From Vairimorpha necatrix (Eukaryota): a stretch of 64,000 nucleotides of DNA. Positions within the stretch are counted from its first letter, which is position 1; each line of letters opens with the position of its first letter. The notes under the pieces were generated by a model. It saw only the letters and a program-made list of their open reading frames with translations. It did no database searches and was not told the DNA's origin. Below, piece by piece: positions 53,709-64,000 of this stretch. The stretch lies in NCBI GenBank assembly GCA_036630325.1, contig CP142730.1, positions 744,001 to 808,000 of the forward strand, written 5' to 3'. A program made the position numbers and the translations under genes.

Positions 53709-56448
53709 CTTGGGGTTAATTAAAACATTGCTATAAATCTATGAAATAAATTGATATTTGATTGAATATTTTGAAAGCTTTATATATAAGAAAAATTATA
53801 AAGATTTTTATGATATAATTTTTTAAGTAAACAAAAAAAAGTCCACCTCATTTTATCGAAAAATTGATATTCGTAATCTGATACTACATAATTGACAGCT
53901 CAACAAGAACCTATGAGCAAAAAGTATGATGTAACTAATAAATGAAAAGCAAACAAATTTATTTGTGTAATAATACACATGCATACATTAAAAATGCGCT
54001 TTTTAGTCATTTTACATAATAGGTAATATATAATATTTGATTGAATAACCAGGAAACTGTTTTTGATTTTATTTCTGCAAAATTTGCTTTTTATATTGGA
54101 CATTTATTTTATATACGAAGAATTCAAATTTGCAATATAAGATGACACAGGCCTCTTGGTGGACTCGGTTGTTACTCTCTTATCATAAAGTTCCTCTGAA
54201 CTTTACTTTTTTATATTTCAATAAGACCCCTTCTAGCATCTTAATTAAAAGCTTTAATATTAATTAAAAGATTTTACAGCTCTAAATTTATATGTTTGTA
54301 TTCAAAGATTTTTTAAGAGCGATCTTTGTTTACTTTTAAAGTTTAAATGTTTTTTCATTTTAGACCCAGGTATTCAGTACATACAAAATTTATTTTAAGA
54401 AAGTTGGAAATAATAAACATAAGAAATAATGTTTTATATATAAAGTTAGTTTGAAAGATTTATTTATTTTTCCTTTGACATGTTTTTTTCTTCGACTTTA
54501 AAAAAAACAGAAATTAATGTAAAAAATACACATTTACATGACTAGAACTAAAGTAAAAATACTCCGTAAAACTTAATATATATATATTTTAATATCGGAT
54601 ATACAATAACATTATAGATAATTACCATAAAATTTTCATTATTTTGTATAAAAATCCTATCAGACATATGGATGTTTCTTCACTGATAAAAATATGCTTT
54701 GTCTTTGTTCTCCTTCAGCCCGATTCGCTTTCTAAAAAAAGCTAAAAACAAAAACTTTATACTTAAAAATATAAAGTGGAATATGGGTAAATTAAACGGG
54801 TGCATTTTCATTTTTTATGCAAATGAGTGTTGCTATTTATAATTTTCTTTTTTGTTATCCACGTATTGCTAATTTGATTGAGAAATTATATCTATGTCTT
54901 ATCTATTTTCTCTTTCTGTTTTAGAAACATTAAAAAATCTCCTTTTTAATGACTTGTATTTTGAATTTCTCAAATATAAATGAAAAATCTTAATTATTTT
55001 TCAAAAATAAATATTTATTTAGGAATTTAAAGAACTTCAAATTATCAAAATTATAAATTTTTAGAGTTTTAAAACTGTTAATAAAAATCTTAATTTTTAC
55101 AATAAAATTTTGGCAGTTAATCTAAAAGTAAATAAATTACAACAAGACATTAATTCTATACAATGTAAAAAAAAAATCTCGAAACAATCTTAGCTAAACA
55201 TTAAATTTTATACCAAACTTATATGGAAAGAAGTAAAAAACTAGAGCATTACATCGTTTTAAAAATTAAAGCTTTGGGAGCATTTGCCTGTGTTCTTTCT
55301 CATATAAGAACATAATTTTTTATTTTAGCTCTGTTCTTGAAAATCTTTGTGGAAAAAATCTAAAAGTAAAAAACTTTAACTAAAAAAACTAAACAAATAT
55401 AAATCCATTCATTTTATTGTTGAAAGTTTTATAATGGTAATTTTTTAATTTATAAGTCAAGACTTATCTTTACTATTCTTTCGAATTTAGTGTAAAAAGA
55501 TATATATATGTGCTAAATAACTTTACAACTAATTACAATTTATAGATAATATTGTGCAAGAAAAATATAATATTAATTTACTCCTTTTTAATGTAATTAT
55601 TCTTTATATATAAAAAAGATAATAATGACTTAAAAATGTCTGTAAAAGCGCAAAGCTCCAATTTATTTGCTTAATTTGTCCTTAAAACAAACAAAAACAT
55701 AAAAAACAAATTAAAAAATATATTTCAAAAATACTAAATTAGAAATATTAAAATATTATACACATCATAAAATGTATAAAACACATTTAGTATTAGTAAA
55801 CCCAATTACTTATGTTTATTAAAGAATAAAAAACAAATATAACAATTATTATTTGAAAATCTAATCAACACTAAGTTTTAGAATTATAGATAATAAATGC
55901 TAAATATTTTGTTTATTGTATTGAAAATTGAATCAAATTTTAAAGTGAAATTTTTTTCGATTTTAATTTTATATTTTCTTATCAACATTTTTTTCGAATC
56001 AACTTTTTAAAAAAAGGGTTAAAAATAAAAAAATCAAGTTTTGTATATAAAAAGAAAGGGATTAAAGGAGAAAATTGTACTTATTTTGTAATTTAACATA
56101 ATAATAACATGGGTATATAAAATGTTAATTTGACGTTCTAATCTAAAGAAATTGGTTTTTATTAAAAAAATTAATAAAAAGAAATTAAGTTTAAAGCTGT
56201 TGTGTTGGGCTTTTGATACTTGATTTGTCAAAAAATTTAATAATTACTTTTTTTCCAATTTATTGAACACCCAATTTTTTTTCTTTTTTGATAAATGAAA
56301 AATTTTGTTAACATTTATTTGTTAACAAAATTCAATTGTATATTATGTGTTTACATCCATAAATGAAAAAATTACAAAAAATTTAAAAATACAGTCATAG
56401 AATTAAATGTGTTTACTTAACTTATTAAAGCAAATTTTATAAAAATTA

Positions 56449-56832
56449 ATGATATGTTTATTTGTTTTTTATTTAAATTTACACGTTACAAATTGCTTTA
56501 TAAGAAATAATTTTCGTGACCCCCTAATGTCGATCATACAAGAGATAGAATCATTCCAAAAACTTATAAAAGAAGATATTTCGTTGGGAAATGATATTCA
56601 TCACTTTGAAGAATACGAAAATATTTTAGCAAACTGGGATAAATATAGAGAATTTAAAGCGTTGTATTTACAAAATATTCCATCAGAAGAATTTTATAAT
56701 CTAAGAAAATCAATGAATAAAATTTCTATGCCAAATCTTGAATCTGAAAACAATAAATTGGGAGAGGCTATCAAAAACTTACAATATGAAAATACGTCAA
56801 GTGATTTTAGGAATACATATGACCAAGAATAA
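56449..56832 (+). CDS. Small hypothetical secreted protein
   Basis: 127 aa, hydrophobic N-terminus ending in VTNC, host-like codon usage, AATAAA after the stop. Confidence 0.6.
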   Translation: MICLFVFYLNLHVTNCFIRNNFRDPLMSIIQEIESFQKLIKEDISLGNDIHHFEEYENILANWDKYREFKALYLQNIPSEEFYNLRKSMNKISMPNLESENNKLGEAIKNLQYENTSSDFRNTYDQE

Positions 56833-57699
56833 TAAATGTAGTTTTTTATTAATATTTTTTCAAATCAAATATTCAATTTAATGTTTGTTGCTTTATTTAT
56901 TTCTTTGTGTTTAATAACCAACTACGTCATATTTATAAATAAAATCAAACTTTAATAATCTTAACACAAATAAATTGTGATATGACATTATCTTGAAAAT
57001 ATAAATTTATAAAAACAAACAATGCTTGTATTGAAATTTGAATATTATTTTATTTTTGTTGTCAATATTATTTAAATCAAGTTTTGATTTATAAATCTTT
57101 CTTATCAAAATCGTATTACAAATTTGCTTAATAAACTTTTAGGCAGCAGAATTATGTTTTAAATAATTCGGGTTTGGAGTGTTTCTATGAAAACAAATAA
57201 TAAATCATATATTTTGAACTAAATATGTTGGATATTTAATTAATTGACTCGAAGATATTTCTTTCATACTTTCAAGCATGCAGTCAACTTTTTTAATACT
57301 ATTTCTTTTTTAAATGCTCGTATGCTTATTATTCAAATAATGAAATTTACAAATATACAATCTTGAATCTTCATTTATAAATTAATTATTTAAATCATTG
57401 TATTAGTGTGCATTTGCATATAAAAAATTGATGACATTCTAATTGATTAATTTTAATATTAAATTTTAAAAAAACTCTTTTTGAAGTGCTGTCAAAATAA
57501 TCAGCGTATTTTTTTGTAACTAGATTTAATTACAATAGTAGAGTATGTAAGATATGAATATATAAAATTATAAACTAGTTTCATTATTTGAAAATTCATT
57601 AGATAGTTGCTTCAGTGCAATAAAGTTATCATGAATGACTTGAAAAAATTAATGATATAAAACTACATTATTTATGTGCAAAAGTCTGATATCATAATA

Positions 57700-58260
57700 T
57701 ACAATACCAGGTCTTTACTATATTGTTTATTCCTATGAGAAAAGTTTATACATGTACAAATATCTTCTTATTACTTTATAAGTCATTGCTCTTTAGTCGG
57801 CATATGAAAATTAGTAGCCAATGAGATACCTCCAGACTCAATCTCGGTCAATCTATTATGAACAAGATATAATTGGAAATCTCATATTTATGAAATACTC
57901 TTTACAAAAAACGTGCGATTTTTTTTGCATTTTGTAAAAGAAATTATAAAACAGTATCGGCGAAATCAATAAATAAAAATTTAGCAAATATTAATATAAG
58001 CCGCTAAAAGCCTAATATTTTTGTGTTTGATAAAAAAACAAATTTCTATTTGTTTCACCAATTAAATGACTATTTAAAAAAACCAAAAAAACGACTTTTA
58101 ACAAACAAACTCGTCAACTACACAAGTATTTGATAAACACTATACAATATTCAATGACATTTAGTAGCTTAGAAATAAATTATGGCCTTTTAGATAATTT
58201 TTTGAAGCATATACCCAATTTTTATATTTGAAGATCAAATAAGAATTTATCCAATGGATC
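57700..58260 (+). mobile_element. Highly degenerate RLE-type LINE 3' remnant
   Basis: Fragments NEI..., INISR*KPNIFVFDKK (KPD-like endonuclease motif) and TTGAAGCATATACCCAA (EAY.Q; compare TTGAAGCATATATCCAG near 22786). Confidence 0.5.
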
Positions 58261-61200
58261 CGAAATCAAGATTACGACGGGATGTAATGAAAATGAATAA
58301 ATAATCACTAAAGTTTGAGTTGTTTTTTTTCTATCAGTAAATACGACTGCAAAAACGTGTGAGGACGCAGAATAGCGATAACTTGCCTAAACAAAAAAAG
58401 ACTCAATATGTTAATATTATGTTAGCTTATAAGATAAGATGGTGCGGAAGAATGCGGCAGAACCCCATTCTATATATTTTTACATAAAATTCCTTTCCAC
58501 ATTATAACAATTTTTAATAGCGTTTTTGAATTCTCTTAATTATTTGCATTATGGCATTTACACTTTTTTAGTTCTATTATTAGCGTATATTTTTTAATTT
58601 GAATTTTATTGTTTTTAGATGTTATTAGCAAACATATTCTCAGTACCACTTAAAAGGTTTTTTTACTTAGTTAATATATTGCGGTACTCTTATTCTTATA
58701 ATCTGTTATAGCTACCTAACTGAAGTATATAATTTATTAAATTGTAGTAATAAATAAATAACAATAAAGTCATTTTATATTTCCTGCAATAAGAATATAC
58801 TGTAAAAATCCTGTTCATTATTAATTATTATTGGCGACAACAAGTATTATGTTCTATATGTTATGCAACATTTTAATTTTTGCATAATATACAAATATAT
58901 CAAAAAAATTTTATCATAGATGGACAGCTATGTACGTTATTTTGTAATAACATTTTTTGTTGAAATATTTTAATAAAATTTTATATATACATATAAATAT
59001 AAACTTGGCTTGTTATAATTATATTATTTTAAAAAAAATAAGGAATATATACTACAAGACATCAAATTTGGTGGAACTAATGTTTATCAAAAACATTACC
59101 TAATTATCTGACATTTAAGCTATTGTACTAGATCGTTATGAATTTAATTTTTACATTATTGTCTTGATGCTTGAATCATTAAGAAGAAAAAGTTGTGTAA
59201 AAAAATTGACCAAAACTTTTATTTAGATGTGCACGTTTTTGTATTCATATATTATATGAGAAGATTGATATCATAAAATGGTTAAATTTTTAAGAAAACA
59301 TAATAACTATACATCTTTTTTAGATCGCATAATAGCAATTCAAACAACAGAATATAGAGACATACAGTAAATATTTAAATATTAATTAGCACATGCTAGC
59401 CATATCTGGTAAGCTTGACGCAAATTAAATAATTATTTGGGTTGGAAATATATTATATGTCGTTTTATTAGTTCAAAATTCCAGCGGAACATTGATATGG
59501 ATTTAAGAATTGTTTTTGAGTATCAACAACGCTTGCACATGCTTGAAACGTGCCGAACATATTTTTACGATTTTGTTAAGATATCAAAATTTATGATTAG
59601 ACTCACAATATTTTAAAATTGGTGAAATTCGTATCCTGTATCTATATTGCATCAGCAAAGTTTGAAATCGTCCTAGAATTGCTAAAGTAAATGCAAATTT
59701 TCAACATCGCAACGTATGTAACAATTGTGAAACATTTATATTACTTTTTTAGACATAAATTAAAAAAATTTAAAAACCAACTTGAAAAAAATGTAGCACA
59801 TTGATCATTTCTAGCATCGCGCGAAGATCATAAGACCCAAGTAGGGTTTGCGGCATAAGTTTCAAAGAGCTTAAATTGCTAGCATACCACTAGTCAAGAG
59901 ATTTTATTGATTATAAAAATTATAATTAACACATATTTTAGAGGTATTTAAGGCGTTAGGCCGTTAAAAATGACTGAATAAATTTATTGGAGATAGTGTA
60001 GTCGATAATGTAGGGGTTATACTATAGATGTTATTTATATTGACGGGAAATAAGGATAACGCAATTACGCAATGCGATCTTTTAAATTAAATACGGCATC
60101 TTAAGTGCTAAATTTCTTCGTAAGAACAAACTAACAGTTAAAATATATTTCTTGATGTTAGAATTTATAGGCGTCGCTCATCCTGCAATATATTTTAATA
60201 TTAAAAATATTTTATAATAGACGAATAACTTTTAAATAATAATATTGCAAAGTATTAAATAACACAACTTCTTAATTGTATTTTTTTTGTTTTTGAAGGA
60301 TCACACTAAAAGTATAATGTATAAAAATTGATATTTTGAGATATAACGACAGAAATGATATATTAATATCTTGAAGATTCATTATTACGTCAAATATATT
60401 AATAGAAAAAATATGCATAAAATAAAGCACTGTTTTGATTATAAGTTTATTTAGTTTGTTTCAATTAAAAAGCAACTGAATATATCTCCTTTTACAAATA
60501 AACTTTTAGTGAATACTACATGTTAACACCTAAATAAACTCCAAGAGAATCCAAAGATCTAAAATTAGCACAGACATATGATTAAATACATCTAGAATGA
60601 GTTTTAATATATTTATTTTTATTATATATAAAAGTTTCCTTGTTTAACCTCAAGGATGTCTATATACTATATTTTTGTAGATTTAATCTAAACGTATTTT
60701 TACTATTACATTCTGTGTCTAATATGTATTTTTGAGAACAAAGTGTAAAGAGATATGAGTTCATAAAAAATAATTGGTGAAATTTTTCGCAAAAGTGTGA
60801 TGTATGTTACTGCTTTAAATACTCATAATGGTTTTGATTAATACATAAATCTTCAAAACGCGCATCTTTATTTTCTTTAAACCAATTGTTTTTGAAAAGT
60901 TTTGCATATTAAAAATTTCAAGGACATTTAATATTGTTCTCAATATTTTAGTTGTATTGCCATCAGAGGTAGCAAAGGTGGCTTTTATGACAAGTTAAAA
61001 AATGCCTTATTAATCATATACTATGTTTCAATGCGTAAATTAAGTCACAAAAACATAGCTTAGTTAGATGGTTCCAATGTAAATGTACTACTTAATTGCA
61101 TAAGAAAAATAATTAATCTAAAATATTAATGATATCATTTTTATAAAAGCAAATGATTTTCATACAATTTTTTACCTTATCAATCACGTTATTTTATTTC

Positions 61201-61898
61201 TCGTATTAACAGAATTTGGTTTTTGTTTGCTATAATTTACTATCTAGCTTTTTTCGTTAAACATACAATTTTGTTGGTTTATGGAATTTTTTAATTATCA
61301 AATTATAATACAATGATGCTGCAAGTAATAGCCCCATATAGGTGTTATATATACTTTAAGTTAAACAAAGATGTGAACTATAGTGTCGTATTAATTTATA
61401 CTTAATAGTTGTGTTGTTATGTTTAAGTAGATGAGGTTTTATAATGGAAAAAAATTCTGGTAAGATCACAAAGTTGCTTAAAACTTTCGCGTATTCGTTA
61501 CTATGTAAATTAAACATCATTTTATCTCTAATGCTTAGCTAAATATATCTTGAATTTTCGTTTTTAAGACATATACTGGGCCAATTCACCTTTTATTATA
61601 ATTTACAATTTCGTAATCAATAAAATGCGTTAAATTTTTAGTATCTCGAAGAAAAAACAATAGTAGTGTTAATATTTATGAAAAATAAATTTGTTCATTA
61701 TATTGAATTCAATAAGTAGGTATTTTACAAATTAAAGCCCACTCCAATGTTTGCTTAAATACTGGCTCCACGATGCTACACGTCATCAAAACCAAATGTA
61801 ACTGTTTTTTTTTATATTTTGAATTTAAGACATCTACCTTAAAATTCATATTTCCGTTATTAATTATCTAAAAATTAATATTTCTCTCCCTATTTTAT

Positions 61899-62417
61899 AT
61901 GTTTTCCTTCTTTTTTTCCTATATTGTCTCTATTCCCATATCTTATTCTTCTATTATTAACAGTCACATGATCTACGTCTGTATACCTAAACAAGATTTA
62001 ATCAACAAAGACTTCACTATATTCCTAAAATCCTCTCTAAATTTCAAAGATGTTGTCATCACCAAATCATTTATAACTCACAAAGTAGATTCAAAAAACA
62101 GATTCCAATCTTTTTCAATTTTAAATAAAAACGAGTCCGTGTTTTTATATGATATTTATAAAGACAAATTATCAAGAATATTAAGCCTAGATGATGCGAT
62201 ATTCCTAGGACATTGGATTAAAAACATAGATGAGTCTGAATATTTTATAGAATTACAATATTATGATGAGAAAGGGAATATGAAAAAATTTTATACATCT
62301 AAATTTTATTTTTTGAGAGATAAGTTGAATTTTGTGAATTTGAGTGTCGAGCAGAATGATGAAGAGATAATTAGTAAGTTTAAGGAATCTTGTACTTTTA
62401 ATAATAGCGGAGAATAA
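61899..62417 (+). CDS. Hypothetical protein with hydrophobic N-terminus (possibly secreted)
   Basis: 172 aa, CCC motif upstream, N-terminus MFSFFFSYIVS. Confidence 0.7.
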   Translation: MFSFFFSYIVSIPISYSSIINSHMIYVCIPKQDLINKDFTIFLKSSLNFKDVVITKSFITHKVDSKNRFQSFSILNKNESVFLYDIYKDKLSRILSLDDAIFLGHWIKNIDESEYFIELQYYDEKGNMKKFYTSKFYFLRDKLNFVNLSVEQNDEEIISKFKESCTFNNSGE

Positions 62418-63655
62418 ACAAAATGATATTTAATAAAAAAAAACTTAAAATTTAATATTATGCTTTAAATAGAATAAAATATTGATATTATTATACTATT
62501 AATAATATGCTTATAAATAGAACGTATTCTATAATGAATAGGCAGAATGAGTTGCTGCATAAGCGACATTCTCCACTAGACACATTGGCTCTACTTAATG
62601 TAAGACTTAAATAATAACTTAATTCTCGAAATTATAGAGCTACTCTACATATGCGCCGACGGAGCATATTAGGGTCTATTTTTATACTTCTATGTCTAAC
62701 ATTCATTTTCTTGTATATTTATTTTATCATTCATAAATATCTTTCAAAATATCTTTCATAAATATCTTTCTTATCTTTTATTATTATATATCAAAATAGA
62801 AGAATGTCTCTTATTGCCTCTTTGTGCCTTCTCTTTTAGTATTTTATAAAGATTTATTAAAAAATTAAAGAAGTACATGGTGATCATTTAATAATAACAA
62901 TGGAAAGGCGACTTAATTATCTTTTCGATAAAAAAATTTGTACATTTTTTATATATCCATGTCTCACTATATTATTAGTATGATTTATTAAAAAAAACAT
63001 TTTTTTAATTATTAAAAATTTCTAAGATCAAATACCGGAGGAATGTTAGTAGAGCTTTTTTACCAGAATTAGAGCCACTAATATTAAACTTATATTATGA
63101 ATCTTACAAGAGCAAAAAGATAAATATTTTAACTAATAATTAATATCATATATCCTCCCGCCCATTATAATGGCTTAATTTATTTTTAAAGTACCCTTCA
63201 AATATATTAATTTTTTGTTTATTAAAATATTCAATTTTAATATATTTTAGTAATTGACACGAGTAAATTATATATCAGATCTTACTTTATTAGTACCAAA
63301 ATAGGAATTTATATGATGTCTAATAAAATATTAATTTATATGATGCTTAATGAGATATTAAATTACAAACAAATAAAAACTTTTTTATAAATTTTACATT
63401 TTTTGAAATTTAGTATTGTAGACAAATGACGTGGTATTTGTTTATAACTTGTAAACAAATTCTTAAAGTACCTCTTTTTTTACATAAAATTCATTACATA
63501 TTTCATGTTGTTTTAAAAATTTATTACATATTTCATATTGTTATCAATAAACATCCCATTTTTTTTTAATCAATATACATTTCATTTTAAAGTATAATTT
63601 CTAAATTCACTTTTTTCTTATCTAAATCTTATCTTTTTTTACACCCCCTTCTTTT

Positions 63656-64000
63656 ATGTTCTCTACATTACAGAAAGTATCAATCCTTGCCAAAGGTAGA
63701 TATTCAGAAATTTACAAATTTCTCGATACAACTTCTACAGATTTATTTGTAATCAAAAAGCACCCTAAAGTAATAGGCGGTTCTCTAAAAGAGTGCAATG
63801 TAAGAGAACTAGAAGTTTATAATAGAATTTATACTGATAAAATGTTTACACACAAGAATATTATAAAGTTTTATGGGTATGTTGAAGATGAAGATGATGG
63901 ATATTTTAAACTTGAATATGTAAATGGATATGATTTGAATAGAATAATTAATGAGTCTAAGACTAATAAAATTGAGAAATATATTAGTAAAGAGAAGATA
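63656..64000 (+). CDS. Ser/Thr protein kinase, N-lobe only (runs off the window)
   Basis: CCCCC then ATG. MFSTLQKVSILAKGRYSEIY...VIKK...RELEV...HKNIIKFYG...KLEYVNGYDL covers subdomains I-V and is open to 64000. Confidence 0.85.
   Translation, partial: MFSTLQKVSILAKGRYSEIYKFLDTTSTDLFVIKKHPKVIGGSLKECNVRELEVYNRIYTDKMFTHKNIIKFYGYVEDEDDGYFKLEYVNGYDLNRIINESKTNKIEKYISKEKI

Noticed and set aside
59505-59550. Helitron Rep motif (FEYQQRLHML)
   Set aside because: It is an isolated partial resemblance with no other Rep or helicase motifs nearby.

Overview
AT-rich eukaryotic DNA with the hallmarks of a microsporidian (Nosema/Vairimorpha-like) genome: intronless genes, a CCC-like motif just before most ATGs, a reduced TOM40, and very short spacers in the core. 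The window has three zones. (1) 1-4.7 kb and 35-53.7 kb are gene-dense housekeeping DNA: a probable Ltn1, an Hcs1/IGHMBP2-like helicase, BMS1, a CAP-Gly protein, BUD32, RRP45, BUD23, RIX7, a TyrRS-like protein, a dUTPase-like protein, a frameshifted ELP2, eIF3b, Nup170, TOM40 and MVD1. (2) 5-35 kb is an accessory zone. It holds three paralogues (one a pseudogene) of a ~770-aa secreted-type family, four Merlin/IS1595-like DNA transposons from three families, a 748-bp LTR element with identical 55-bp LTRs, gypsy-integrase and RLE-LINE remnants, and three copies of a ~790-nt, highly structured tRNA-headed SINE. Two of the SINE copies have poly(A) tails and 12/15-bp TSDs, and one is ancient. (3) 54-64 kb is gene-poor, with small secreted-type ORFs and a truncated kinase. 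The most notable observations are the long structured tRNA-SINE, the miniature LTR element, two adjacent housekeeping-enzyme homologues that have lost catalytic motifs (TyrRS-like, dUTPase-like), and a Merlin whose TIR duplicates its own promoter and ATG. All assignments were made by eye, with no database searches.
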